Origin: Geosiphon pyriformis uo1
Lineage: Eukaryota > Fungi > Glomeromycota
Direction: 5' to 3'
NCBI GenBank assembly: GCA_016748015.1
Contig: JAAOMT010000714.1
Location: 1 to 64,000 of the forward strand
DNA length: 64,000 nt
Shown here: piece by piece, positions 27,641 to 41,950 of the stretch
How the letters are laid out: each line of letters starts with the position of its first letter
Numbering within the stretch: the first letter of the stretch is position 1
Notes under the pieces: generated by a model
The model's input: only the letters and a program-made list of their open reading frames with translations
Told to the model about the DNA's origin: nothing
The model's database searches: none
Made by a program: the position numbers and the translations under genes

Positions 27641-29898
27641 TGAAAAAATGGAAAAAAATTCAATAATATCAACCTTTTAAAAAATTACAAAAGTTTTATA
27701 TTGGGAATTTTGGCTAGGTTATATTTAAATAATTAATTAATTAATAATAAATAATAAATTACAAGTCACACTAATAAATTGAGTCAAGTTCATGTTTATG
27801 TTTAGTAAAATTTATTTTCGTTTTTGGGAATGAAGAAATTATCAACTTTTAATATATCTCTATCTTTGCAAATAAATGGTGGAAAGAAAAATTTGAATTT
27901 TTATTATTGTATAAAAATAATCCTTGAAATTTCTTCATTTTTAATTCAAAACCGAAAAGGGAAGGTTTTCAAGACTTTATTATTTACCGATTAATTGATT
28001 GGTGTCCCTGATTAAAGTTTGTGAAAACCGGATTGCCAATGTGATCAAATAATGTTACAAAGCTTTATATACATCAAACTTTCTTGAGGACATGAGAAAC
28101 TAACTTAAAATGTCCTTTTATGAATGCCCACACATAATATTGAAAATGTTTTCACCAGAATTTAAGTTAAGGTCTATGCGGATGAATTTCTGTTAACAAA
28201 GAGAAAAAGTGGAACGTGCATTTTAATAATTATTAATAAATGGAATAACTCATGCACTCACAATTTATACATGTTTAAAACTAGCCAGAATCCTTGTTTT
28301 TTGAACATTCTTTATACATTAGTACTAAAAAATTAATATTTGTCCACCCTTTATATCTTGATGATACTTGTATTACTAATTCAATAAAAATTTTGAACCT
28401 ATGTCGTGTTTTATACTCTAAAATATTTTTTATCGAGTGAAATCACAAGATAAAAAAATTCTTGAATAAATTTTAATTGTAATAATTTGCATTTTTATAA
28501 AAATATTTTGTTTATTTTTCAATTAAATAAATATAAAACATATAATTTTAACTTTTTTATTAATGTATTTTTCTTTTAATTATATTATTTATTATATTTT
28601 TAATTAAATTATTAATATACATTTTTCAAATTAAATTAATATTATATTTTTTAAATACGATATTATTATTATATTAATTGAATTAAATAATTCTTATATA
28701 TTTTTAATATATATATATATATTTTAAATTAAAGAATCATTATAATTTTTGATTAAAAATAATTACTTAATTTTTCTGTTTACAAAATAAATTCCCAATA
28801 TTTAACATAATTTTTATATTATGTATTATAATTTATTAAAAATTACATATATAATCTTTTATAATTAATAAAAATTTTAATACTAACTATTATTTGTAAC
28901 TTTATTTAATAATCTATTTTCCATATTTTTTGAAATATTTTATTATGTATATACATATAATCAGAAACTATAAATAATAGTAAAAAAATTTTGTTTTATT
29001 AAAAAATGTTAATAAATTTATATTATATTATTAATTGATGTTATTTTTTTAAATTTTAAAACAATATTTTTGAGAATATAAAAATTACCTTAATATCCTT
29101 TTAATAGTTTCAAGCTTAACCCGTTTCAGCATAGCCTTAAATTTATTCAAAATAAGGTAGGAAATAAATCTTTAAATTAAATAATACCTAAAACTGTATA
29201 TGAAATGAAAAAAAAATTTACATTATTTGAAAAAAAGAAAAAGTTTTATTAAAATACCATAGATTTAAATATAATACTTATTTTCAATTTTAACAATTAA
29301 AAACATTAAGAGATTAATAAGCCAAATTGAAAATTTTTAAAAAATTATTGGTAATTTAAAAATCATATAAATGACTTATTAAAATATTTTGAAGTAACAA
29401 ATACCTTTCTTATGTAAAGGTTATTTAAAAGCATGATATTCTTTTTAAAAATTGACAAATAGTTTATTGTGAAAAAAAAATTTTATTGAAACTACCACTT
29501 TCGAATTAAATAAAAAGAAATAAATTATTTTCAAAACATAAAGTAATTTTCACTATTTACTCATTTTTTGATAAGGTAAAAAGTTCATATGCTTGAATGC
29601 AGAAAAAAATATATGTAGCAAAGAAAAGAATGGGATTATTAGATTATCAACTAATTATTAAAGAGAATATTATAAACAGTAATTACGAAATACGAATTAT
29701 GAATCAAAAAATTTCTTCACTAACTGATGAAATATGAATAAAATAATTAGTTTATAAATCAAAAATAAAGCTCTACTTTTAGAGTTCTTGAATGCTACTA
29801 AAATAGAAATAAAATTTGAGAATTATATATTTAATTAAAATTACATATTTATTCTCTTTAAAAGATCCAAGCAATATCCATTCAGGAAGTTGAATATG

Positions 29899-31192
29899 CT
29901 AAGAAATAATACTATCTTCAAAATATGGTCCGTAATGCGATTGAAAATTGGTTTTATATAAAAGAGATTTGTTAATACATTCCTAAAAAATTATTTAAAA
30001 GAAAAAACTATTAGATCCAATTAATTGCAAAATAATATTGTATTTCAAAATATTTTACTTTGCTCTCAAGAGTATCTGCCGGATTCTCTGATTCTTGCTC
30101 ACCCTTGCATTCATAAACAGTATACTCGTCACATTCACATTTAGCTGGAATCCAATATTCAGTATCATGATGTCGGAGTTCAATAAAGTCTTCTAGAGGT
30201 AGTCGAGGAACAATATCGTTGTTATATGTAACGCGGTATATTTTGAAAGATTTCACCGAGTTTAAAACTAGCATGTTAATGAACTCTACAAAATCTTTAT
30301 TTCCTATACGAGGCTGACCAAGTGTAATCACCCTGATAAATTTTTTAGCATTTGTATTTTCTTGTTTCTTTGGAGGATGTGTCTTATTCCGCCTATCATC
30401 TTCGACTTTACTTTCATAAGCTAATTTGCTGTAAGTATTAACTGCGTGCAAAACAGCCAAAACTAAATGTGAAAGAGAAAATTTGGATAGGTCTATTAGG
30501 TCTTTGATAACTAAAAGTTTGTTAAAAAGATTTGAAAATTTACCGCCTCCTGTACCGTGACCGTAGAAATTAAGACTTGAGATTTTAGGGGAATTAAAAT
30601 ATTTCAAAATTTGGCTTGCCATACTTTCTTTCGTATCTGAATACATCTTATAAAGTTCCTTATCAATGCCAGATTTTGAAAACTCCTTTGGATATGAAAA
30701 CCTTATTTTTCTATTTAGCCACGTGCTTTGATCCCATTTAGGGCCTTTGAAAACAAAATTAAAATTTTCTTCATCTTTCGTTACAATTAACGCTATTTTA
30801 TTTTCAGCTGAAACCAAGGGTTCGTCTTTCGTTACAATTATCGCTACGTTATTTCCAGCTGAAGTCGAGGGATTTCTTATGTTATTTTCAGCTGCAATCG
30901 AGTGGCCCACGTTTATAAATCCAACCGCTTCTGAAATCATCGCCACAACTATATTTGGCACTTTCGTCTTACTACCAGGTTTTCTTTCACGGCTATGCAA
31001 TTGAATTGCTTCACGAAAAAACGGATTTTCATCTGAAAGTTGAAAATTTAAATTAACAAGAGTCTTTGTATAATTTTGATAAGTTAAGATTAGTTGGCTT
31101 TTTATCTCTTTTCTTTTAATCAAATAATTTAATAAATATATTAAGAAAAAAATTAAAAAGATAAATAAAATGTATTTTTTCATAAGCTTCAT
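29899..31192 (-). CDS. Lipase class 3 (alpha/beta hydrolase)-like protein with N-terminal signal/anchor, ~378 aa; exons 31192..30544, 30462..30059, 29982..29899
   Basis: FVFKG, FYGHGTGG(V)LAVL, ITLGQPRIGNKDF, RVTYNNDIVPRLP, HHDTEYWI; the last exon gives ECIN..SHYGPYF; two GT-AG introns. Confidence 0.88.
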
Positions 31193-34100
31193 ATTTTTCT
31201 AAATGAATCGGCAATTTGTGGATTATCGAATTGACAACCAGATGTTTAAATAAAGCTTAAAAATTTTATCCGGAAATTTGTTAAGAATTTTTTACGCTTA
31301 TCAAACAAATAAAAAAATAATAAATTTTTGCAAAACCCTTTTTATTTCATTGTATCAATACCTAAATTAGATAATTAAAATAATTAAAAAAGAACACATG
31401 CTCTGTTAATTTTATACTATATATATCAACGATGAAAAAGATTTATTATTGTTCCCTCTATTTTATTACAAACAGTATATAAATTTAAGAATTATTCTCG
31501 CCAAAGCTTTAATATCGATTTATAATAAAGGAGAAATTATCTGGTTTCAAATAAATGAACAAATAATAATAATAATAATAATAATAAAAGTTGTTTTAGA
31601 TTTTCATTTTCGGAAAAAAAGACTTATTTCTACATTATGAAAATATGAGGCTCAAAATATTTTAATAAAGTAAAACTAAAACTAATAAATTTTATACTTG
31701 TTTATTGTTTAAAATAAAGTGATTTATTTTAAATTCTTATCAAAAAAAAATTTTATTAGATTAAACCATAAATTTAAAATAAAATGATAAGATATTGACT
31801 TGAGTACTTTTAATTTAATTTAGGATTTAGTTCAAATTAAGAGGAGTTTATTTTCGAGTAGTTTCTTTGATAATTTTGATTTTCAACTGACTTTAAGAAA
31901 AATTATAAAATTTCTCATTTTTCTAATTTTTCTAATTTTTCTAATTTTTTTTTGCAAAAAGCAAGATAAACCTGTGAATATAATTATCCATTTTAGTTTT
32001 AATCCCGCAATGCAAATTACTACATGTAAAAATTATAGGCTTTTTATTTGACGAATATTAATAATAATATGGAGCGAACTACTTTTAGAATATTAATCTA
32101 GTCTATTGATATGTTTTGAAAATAAAATAAACAAAATCCTGGTCATTCAGAATTAATATTTGAAATTCCTATTTTTCAAAAAAAAAAAAAAAATTAAATC
32201 GTTTGTTGATTTTGAATAAATATTTTACTTAATTGCCATTTAATCTTTGAATCGTATTTAATAATTAGATAGAAAAAAATTTAATATTTTTAAGTGTTCT
32301 ATAATGCCTGGCAATAAATTTTCATTACTCAAATAATTTAAAGTTTATTAATCTCTCTTAAGCTATGTTTTTAGGGAAGGGGACCAGTAAAATAAAACTT
32401 TCTTTGAGAAATCAATCAATCAATTATATATTACACTTATAATCAAGACCTGGTGAAACAATGGTTAATATTTGAGGGTTTTAATGCTTTTAAAATATTT
32501 ATTTGGTCATTGATTCGAAAATTCTAAACAAAGAATTTGTTTATCGGGGCAATAAAGATTTTAGTCAAAAAGTTTTATTTGAAAAATATGGAAAAAAGTG
32601 TATTTGCTAATTTAGCGATCAAACTTCTAAATTGAATGTTAATTTTTTAAACATAAATTTTTGAACTTATGGCACTAGACTATAACAACCTAAATGGAGG
32701 GATCAAAATCTATAAGAATTCTCAATTTTTTTTAACATATTTAATATATGATATAATTAACAAAATGTTATTCAAGATATTTTTGTTTATTAAAAATTTA
32801 TTATTCTGAAATATATTAATAAGTAAAATTCAAATTTTATTTGAAAAAAAAATATTAGTATAATTATTAAATTTATTTATAAAATTGGTTTTTTATATTT
32901 TTTTTGCTTTTTTGTTTTTAAATAAAAATATGTAAATTTTAATTTATTATTCAATTAATCAATCAAAAAAAATCATAATCAAATTTGAAATATAAAAATT
33001 CAATACTAATCATATCAATATAAAACTGAAATCTTGATTTATTTAAATTCAAATCAATAATACATTTTATTTATTATTTACAAAAATTTTTTGATATATA
33101 AGCAATACATTTGACTTTAATTTTTGATTAAAACTTCATATTTTTTTGGTTTTTATTGTTTGGTTTTTGTTAATAAAATTTTAATTTGTCTTACTGATAT
33201 ACAATTAACATAATGTATTTTATGTTTCTGATAGAAATATTGTAGTTTTTTAATCTGTCAATTAATTCTTAATAATTAACAGAATATTTATTCAAAATAG
33301 ATTATTATTAAAATATCTAATTAATTTTATTAAACATTTTTACTCATAAATAATTGCTTGAAATTTTTTTTAACTCTGCAAATAAAAAACAATCAATTGG
33401 TTTAAATTAAAACTCTTTAGATGGGGCACTTTAACCCAATTTTTGATAACAACAGTTGTCATTATATAATAAAGATATTGAAATTATTTTATATTATCAA
33501 TTGGTCACGGCATAATTGATTTTAGGTATTCAAAAAATATTCCCTACTTCAAACTCATTGAGATGCATGTTTACATAGATTATCACACCTTTCATAAGTG
33601 GTTTAAGATTTTTAAACTTAAGATTTTTTGGTCGATAGCTAATGGATCATTTCAAATTGAAAAAATTTTTTTTAATCAAGATACTTTTTTTCAAAAGCTT
33701 AAATGGAAAGATGGCTAAATATTAACACAAAAATATGCCAAAAGATACTAAATTCTCTCAAAAGTTATGAAACTTAATCAATAGGAAAAAAATGATAATT
33801 TCTATATATATTATTTCAAAAAGTTTTTTTAAATTTTTTATGATACTTAATATTTTCAATGAATTTCAGCCAATAATTAAAACCTGATCCTTAACACTTA
33901 TCATTTTTAAAATGTTTGGAATTAAACTTTTCCTAGATGTTAAAAATTTAGTTACACAACTCAAGTCAAAATTCTAAAGTTTGCCTTTTTTACATCATTT
34001 TAGTTTCCCATATAAAACTTGACCAGAATTATTCATTAAACTACTAAGAAATAATTGAATAATAATAAAAAAATGAGATGGGTTGTCACGTTTTAGCACC

Positions 34101-35255
34101 TTGATCGCGGATACGATTGAAATGATTGACGATATCTTGGTATAAAAGTCCCAGAACTTTCCGAGTCATAGATTGCCCAATTGAGAAATTATGCTTGGAT
34201 GATCGAGTTATGACGAAAGCAGAACAATACACAGATTTTCTTTCGCTAACACAATGCATTTTATAATATAGCCTTTTTACATTGATGCTCCCTCAACGGT
34301 GAATTTTCTGCCAATTAAACTTTAAAAAATTCTCCTAAAATAGCTGTGTCATAAATATGATATTCTTATAAAAAGTCTTCTTTTAATCAATAGAAAATAG
34401 AAAATAGAAAAAGTTTAATGATTTCAAGTTTGGTATGTTTAATCGAAAACTTTAATTTACCTTCATGTCACACCACATAGAAATCTATGCAAAAGGGAGC
34501 ACCTATCAAATTTAAGTGCAGATTTAACTAGACTTTTAAGTTTCTAATCCGTTCATTAGATATTTTAAAAAAATATGTTGGTGGAATCAACCGGAGTGAC
34601 TTAAGTGATATTATGCAATAATAAATAACAATTTTAAGGTAGATAATTATGGAACAACCTTTTAAGTTTCATTTTGGCCTACACGTTTGAGTGTTTTAAA
34701 ATAGGGATGAGGCATGAGATCTCAAAATGTACACAATTTTCGAGATATCTATCAAATATCCCCAGATTTCTATTAAGATGTTCAAATTAAAGAACCATAT
34801 TGTATTTGTTTTGCCAAACTTATTTAATATTATATAAAAGTTTAACTATTTTCATAATTTTAATTGTAAATTAGTGAAAGCTAAACTAGATTTTCACTTA
34901 AAGAACAGCTAGTTTCCTAAAAACAAACCATACCTTAAATTTTACTCCTTAAGATAATCACCTATTTTCTGTCTTAATGGATGTACAGATTACCGCCAAC
35001 TCAATAGTGTGACAATCGAAGATGCTTATGCACTTAAAAGGAACTCATTCTATCTTTCATATATTCTTTTGGCAGAAAAAGTTAGAGTTGTAACGGAATT
35101 AGAGCATATACAGTAGATTGATTTACTGGATAAAGGTTGTTTTTTCCAATTGATCAATTTGCTTTATGGGATATATATAAGCCAACAAAGTGGTTGTGTG
35201 GTAAACGTTGCATATATTTATTGGGCTTTCTCGAATCTGTTTATTAATGTAAACA

Positions 35256-35259
<4 letters not shown>

Positions 35260-35291
<32 letters not shown>
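35260..35291. repeat. (ATT)n microsatellite
   Basis: Directly visible. Confidence 0.9.
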
Positions 35292-35293
<2 letters not shown>

Positions 35294-37558
35294 CTAAACT
35301 TTATAAAAGTTTGATGTTTGATTGGCAATACCTTGATTGATCATTTTCATTTGTTATCAATAAGATTATGAAAATCAGTTAGGCTCAAATTTTTTTTATA
35401 AAATAGATTTTTTCTTTCTTTCTTATATCTAAAAACCCACCAAAAAGTACCTTTGTTGATAAGAAGCTTTTTAATCATTTAGGACAATAAATCCAAATCT
35501 TTTTTGCTCAATTACAAGACTATTGTTGGTCCTAGTATTGCTGTTATAAAGAAGTTTATTAAGAATTCTGGCCTTGGCAATAATAGCAAACAAGTTTTCT
35601 TTAGGAAAAAAAGAAGAGGTAGTGCTCTAAAAGACAGTGTTAAGAACAAGATAATTTCTACAAAAACTTTGAGTAATTACTCTTAGAACTCTAAAACTGG
35701 TAATATTATTGAATCTAATAGTATTGATATAAAAAAAGAGTGTTTGGTAAAAAAAACTAGTGTTGACTATAGTGAAAGCAATACTTATAATAGAAAAAAG
35801 TCTAATTGAACACCAAAAATCTATGAATTAAGACCAAGAAATTATTGGAGATGTCTTTAGAAAAAATTAACTTCTTGAGTAATAAAGATAATGATGTTCT
35901 GTTAGATGTTCTGCCAGCTCTTCTCTTTCCTTTCAAAAATTTGATCAAATTTTCTGCTAGGAAGTCATTTGCTTTAAATATTAGTTTAAGTAATATTGTT
36001 GAAAAATTTTCTTAAGACAAGTTTTTAATAATCAGAAAATTATTTTCAAAAATCAATGATTTTGGAAGGGTATCTATCTTCTCAAAATTTGCTAAGATTA
36101 TTAAAGTTATATTTTCTTCCAAATTTAGCTTAGTGCAGATAACTAAATTGGCAAAAGCTAAAAACATTATTGTAAATACTAATCTTAAAAAATCAATAGT
36201 GTATTTGAATCAGGCTGTGATAGTAAAAAAATCTCAATTAAGACATTGGCTGAGACTATACATGCTGTATTATTTGAATTTGGAGAGATTAAGTTAATCA
36301 AAATACAGCTGATAAAGCTGTAACAGAAAGTTGTGATTGAATTTGGTTACTCAGATTATACTAATTTAGTTTCAATATTGTGGTCTGTCTTAATTAAAAA
36401 GAATACAGTATGTATAGCCAAAACTAATATTAACAAAGAATTTTGGAATGCAAAGAACAAAAATAGAGCACTGTTTTATATATTGTTAATAGAAACAAAT
36501 ATTCACAATATTTGGGATTTTATTGGTTTTATAAGTAGGAAAACATGTATTATAGATTACTTTTTAGTCATATATATTTGAGCTAAGTATATAATAATTT
36601 GTTTTAATTCTGCTAAATTATTGGAGACTGTTATAGTAACTACATTAATACTAAAAAGTGCCAATTTGTATTAGTTCTATCTGGATTTGGCTAAATATAT
36701 AAAGTATAAAAATTTAAGTCATATATTATTAAGTTGTACTATAAATGAAAAAATGTTTTTTGGTGACTTAACTTATAGAAGCTTATCAAAGACAAATAAA
36801 AACAGATTGATAACTATTTATGCCAATTGTTTATCTTGTTTTCTTTAATAGTATTTCTTGAACTAAATTAGTGAATTCTTTTTTCTCCTCTTTTTGTACA
36901 AAGTAGTTCTGTAAATTTTGGCTCCTTTTTAAAGATAAAGCTTATACTGCTCATGTCTAATGAATTGAATATTAAGTTTGCTGCTCTTGAGCACAGTTTT
37001 ACTAGTCTTATAAGACAAGTTAGTAAGGTGGCTAAGAAGTTAGATACACTTGAACCAATAGTTTCTTAGTCTAGTTCTGAATATTAATTATTAATGATCT
37101 TTTTATTACAGAATCAAGGAGCAAATATAGTAATAAGTAAGAGTTTAGATGTGATTATTAGTGATGAAACTGTTGTAAGAATGGTATTTTTGAATAATTT
37201 TTAGATTGGAAAACAGTTTAAGAAGTCTTTCAAATACAGTTCTATGCTTTTTGACCAAAGTAAACAATAAGAATTTGGGCTTAAATTTTTATTTATCTCA
37301 ATAACTAATCTTATTTGGAAAATTACTACATGTAATATTTAAAATATTAATATTTCTGTTAAGCAGAAAAATGTTTTTTATTGGTATATAAATAATAAAT
37401 GCTTAGTTTTAATTGTTATAAAAACAAAGTTAAGATTTAATTGCAGGTCTTGAATAATAAACAAATTTAATAAGATTTGGATCTTTACTTCTGAACTGGA
37501 AAAAAACTTTTCAAGTATTAGTATGGTGGTAATTTTAAATGTCTTTTTAGCTCGTCAT

Positions 37559-38361
37559 TGTTACCGGAGGTTTTTGGTCTCTTTTCTTAAATGTTGTTAA
37601 TGTCTGTTTGTTGTAAATTCACGTTTTCTAGAAGTAGTTGAACCTCCAATAACTGAATTTATTTTCAAATTATCTTCTATAATTTGAACTGCTGGGCTTA
37701 TGAGTGGAATGGCCAATTCCGTGCCAGTTGCTTTATGTAGTTATGTTGTAGTAAACGTCAACTCTTTCCCAGGAATTGCTCGTCTGGAAGCTCACTAAAA
37801 ATGTGTAGTTACTTTGCTGTGAAAGTCAACTCTTCTACAGGAATCTCGTCTGTAGGCTACCCTAATGATTGTAATAAAAAAATAAAAGAAAAATAAAAGA
37901 AATGTAAAAGAAATAGAATTTTGTCAAGAGAAACGTTTTCTATCCAGGCCTGGAGTCACTAACAGCTTATTGAAATTGGTAGCTAATCAATTTCAAAACG
38001 TTAGTTGTGNNNNNNNNNNNNNNNNNNNNTCTTTGAACTTGCACTTTTCTCTTTGCTACAATTTGGGTGAACTAAAGATACATTTTGGCAAATTTACAAG
38101 TTATTTCACTGAACTATTGATTATTTCGGCGAATTTTCATTAATTTCGGCGAATTTTGACTATATTAAATGGTTCAGGGTATTGTGTAATTTGATCATCT
38201 TAATTTCTAGAGTACAAATCGGATTATTGATTGAGTAATAATATTTGATAATTTGGCTAATTTAATAAGTGATAATCGAAATGATAATAATATGCTAATT
38301 AATAATAGGAATTATGAAGATAATTTCGTGCTAATTAATAGCTAAAATTCTACTAGTAACA
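37559..38361 (-). repeat. 3' LTR (20-N assembly gap at 38010-38029 stands for ~186 bp)
   Basis: Colinear without indels with 46310-47278. Confidence 0.95.
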
Positions 38362-38842
38362 TAATCTCCTCCTTAAGACTGAGCTCTGTCATAATCCAAG
38401 CACTATCTGTGATGTCAAGATAATAGTCCAGAATAATTGAAGTGATTTGGTCTGAAAATTGTTGAAATTTCAGTTCTGTGAGTTTGCCAATGTATTGAAC
38501 TTTCATTGGTTGCAGTATTAAATTTTGTAGGACCTTTTCGCAAGTGTTGAACAAATTATAGAGTCTAAAAGCTGCTCTAAGTTTGTAGCGAGTGTTTGTT
38601 GGTCCAGCTGCTGCCTTAAATTCATTGTGAATTTGTTTTTGTACAGTCTCAGAAGTGATGTTGGTTGCTTCAAGTTCCAGTTTTCGTTCATAAAGTGTTT
38701 TTCCCATGTGAAAATATCTATATATAGGGGTATATTCATTGTTCTGTTCATTGAGGAATAGTAAAAGTTTTTGTTGCAATGTGGCATTTGGTGGAATGTC
38801 AATAGGGGCAATTAAAAAGTTTTCTTTTAGTGCTTGCTTCAA
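38342..38842 (-). CDS. Extra 3' ORF (ORF3) of the Gypsy element, function unknown
   Basis: 166 or more open codons between integrase and 3' LTR (open upstream to ~38945); reads through the PPT into the LTR; no in-frame ATG start identified at the 5' end. Confidence 0.6.
   Translation of the reverse strand: MKQALKENFLIAPIDIPPNATLQQKLLLFLNEQNNEYTPIYRYFHMGKTLYERKLELEATNITSETVQKQIHNEFKAAAGPTNTRYKLRAAFRLYNLFNTCEKVLQNLILQPMKVQYIGKLTELKFQQFSDQITSIILDYYLDITDSAWIMTELSLKEEIMLLVEF
38365..38374 (-). other. Polypurine tract
   Basis: AAGGAGGAGA, 3 nt before the 3' LTR. Confidence 0.8.
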
Positions 38843-39339
38843 AAGTTCTGGTAATCTATTTCCAGAGTGACTTCTTGTTTTTCTTCTATAAGAGTGATAG
38901 TTCTGAGAATTATTTACTATTGGGCTGTGATTTCTTTCTGAATGTATTTAATTTGACTTCCATTAATCGTTATGGACAAGTCAGGAAGTGTTTTCAAAGC
39001 TAACATTAATTTTTGAGATATTTGTTGAATATTTTGGGGAATAATCATGATAAAATTGACTAATTAATGAAAAGGGAGAATAAAGAAATTATTTTTGGAT
39101 ATGGGGTTTTATTTGTTTTTGGGTTTGGGTGTTTTTGTAATTATATACTATTTTTGTCTTTGTGTGTTATTAAAAGATTATTGTAAAATTATGTTGAATT
39201 AAGTGTTCAAGTTTGGTTGTTGTTCTATTATAATTATTGGTTCTAAATTTCGGGGAATATCTTCAGGATTAATTAAAGGGGAATGTGTACCAATTTGTGG
39301 AATTAATAGTTCAGGATTGTTTTTAGAATGATAGTGTTT

Positions 39340-40400
39340 CAATCTGTCTCCATGTGCAACTTTTGCTAGTATTTTGTCATCAAGTCTTAACTTGTATGAT
39401 CCATTGCCTAGAATATCGTGAATATAAAATGGTCCATTCTATTTGTTTTCAAATTTTCCACTCCATTGTTTTTCAGCCTTAGTTCTGTGTAAGAGAACTT
39501 TATTTCCAACTTTAAATTCGTTGGTAATGGGTGGTAATTTGTTGTCATGTCTTTCTTTTTGTTGAGCTTGGAAATGTTCAATGTGAGTTGCTGCTATCTT
39601 TCTTTTTTCTTCTAGTGTACTAAAAAGAGTGTAGACTCTTTTTTGGAGTGTTTCTTAAAAGTTTTTTTCATTGATTGGTTGCATTAGGTATGTTTCCACT
39701 GTGAAATTAATTGGTAGTATTGCTGTCTTTTCATAAGTAAGATCAAATGATGTGTGTTTCATAGTATCTTGTTTTAGTGTTCTGTATGCTAGTAACACTG
39801 ATGGAATAAAAATATTCCATTTCTGCTCAAAATCTGTTGAGACTTTGGCTAAAGATTCACACAATGTTCTGTTGAAATGTTCTACAAGTCCATTTGTTTG
39901 AGGGTAATAAGGTGATGATAGAGGTTTTTTGATATTAAACCATTCAGAAATTTTTTGTATCAAGTTGTTTACAAAATGTGTTCCTTGATCAGATAAAAGT
40001 TCAATTAAGCATCCATGTCTACAAATAATGTCTTCATAAATGAAATTTGCTACTGATTTTGCATCTGCTCTTTGGATGGCTCTAGCTTCAGGCCATTTGG
40101 TAAGATAATCTACTGTTACTGCAATATAGTGATTTCTTTGGGTTGTAATAGGTAATAGTCCAACTAAATTAATTTCAACTCTGTCAAAAGGTTGTCCAAC
40201 TTTGATTGGATTTAAAGGTTCTGTGAGGCGAGTTCCTTCTCTTCTTTGACAACTATCACAAGATTCCACATATTGTTGAATGTCTTTTTGCATATAAGAC
40301 CAAAAATAATGTTCAAGAGTTCTTTGAATTGTTCCATCTCTTCCCAAGTGTGCTGAAAAAAGATCTGTGTGCATGTTGTATAGAATTGTTTCTTTTTCAT
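39340..40400 (-). pseudogene. pol: Gypsy integrase (H2C2 zinc finger, rve core, GPY/F-like tail)
   Basis: MH..AHLG..CDSCQ; RVEINLVG, LSDQG, NGLVEHFN; GPFYIHDILGNGSYKL; stop codons present. Confidence 0.92.
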
Positions 40401-40699
40401 TTTCCTGTACTAATCTGAGTGATTGGTTTAGATTTTTACAATTTTTGTAATAGATTTTGTTGTGGTGTATAAAACATTGTTTGGATTGGTGTTATAATTG
40501 ATGTTTTTCACTTGGAAACCAATTTTCTGGCATAGTGAGAGTTTCCAAATAGTTTTTAATGTTGTTGTAATTTTTTGGATCTATTGTTGTTGATTTTGTT
40601 GTTTGTTTTGCTGTTAAATTTGTTGGTGTTTTGTTGGTTTTAATATTGTCTCATTCTTGAGAGGCTGTCAATATTAGTGTGTAGTTTTCCTGGTTTGTG

Positions 40700-41950
40700 G
40701 TATACAATATATTTGTAGTCTGCTAAGAAGTCATTTCATCAAGACTGTTTGGCACTTTGTTCAGTTTTCTTTTTATTAAGCCATTTGAGACCAATATTGT
40801 CAGTTATGATATTAAATTCTTTTCTATTTTTCAGATATTGTTGAAAATGTTTAAAAGCCCAAATAACTGCAGCAGCTTCCAATTCAGTTGAGTTATATTT
40901 GAGTTCTGTTGGCTTGAGTGTTCTACTGGCATAGGCAATAACTTGTTCCTGGCTATTTTCATCTAATTGTGATAGGATGGTACCAAATGCTATATGTGAA
41001 GTATTAGTGGCTAGTTGGAACCATTTGTTGAAGTCTGAGTAAGCAAGAACTGGGACTGTTGTCAATCTTGTTTTGAGAGTTTCAAAAGCTTTTTGTTGTT
41101 CTTTCACCCATTTGTATGACACATTTTTGTTGGTGAGATAATTGAGTGGTTTTGCAATTTCTGAGAATTCTTTAATGAATTTCCGATAGTAGGAGGCTAA
41201 TCCTACAAATTTTTATAGCTCTGTGGTATTTTTGGGAGTTTGGAAGTTTTTGACAGCACTAATTGTTCTAGGGTTTGGTTTGATTCTATTTTTGCTCACA
41301 ATGTGTCCAAGAAAGATTAAGCTTGTTTTTTCAAAGTGATATTTCTTAATGTTTAACTTTAATCTTGTTTTCTATAATTGTTGAAAAACTTCTCACAAGT
41401 AAATGAGATGAGCTTCAAAGCTTGGTGAGTATACATTAGTGTTATCAAGATAAACAACTACTGATTGCCACAAGAATTCTTCATATACAACATCCATGAG
41501 TCACTGGAATGTTGCTAGTGCATTGCAGAGTCCAAAAGGCATAACATTGAACTCATAGTTTTCTCTTTGGGTAGTAAATGCTGTTTTGGGTCGGTCTTTT
41601 GGATCTATTTCGACTTGCCAATATCCATTTTTCAAGTCTAAAGTTGAGAAAAACTTGGCTTTTCCTAGAGCATCTAGTATGTCATCAATTCTTAGAAGAA
41701 GATAAGCATCTCCAATTATTACACTGTTCAATTGGTGATAGTTAACACAAAATCTGATTTTTCTATTTTTCTTTTTGACAAAGACTACTAGTGAGACCCA
41801 AGGACTTCTTGATGGTTGAATCAATCCATTATTGAGTATTTTCTGAACTTCTTCTCTGATGAATTGGTGGCTGGCAGGTGGTACTATGTAAGCTTGTTGA
41901 CATTTTGGTAGAGCATCTTCTGTATGAATCTAATGTTGAACAATATCTGT
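40700..41950 (-). pseudogene. pol: Gypsy reverse transcriptase and RNase H
   Basis: PSRSPWVS, RFCVNY, LDLKNGYWQ, MPFGLCNA, VYLDN (from YLDD); RNase H LATNTS..VIAYASRTL..ELEAAAVIWA. Confidence 0.93.

Noticed and set aside
34090-34260. Minus-strand FNRIRDQGAK, LRR-like
   Set aside because: A single short motif with no repeats or gene structure.
38010-38029. Apparent 166-bp length difference between the LTRs
   Set aside because: Explained by the N-gap placeholder.
39200-39400. Chromodomain after integrase
   Set aside because: No aromatic-cage or YLVKW motif seen.
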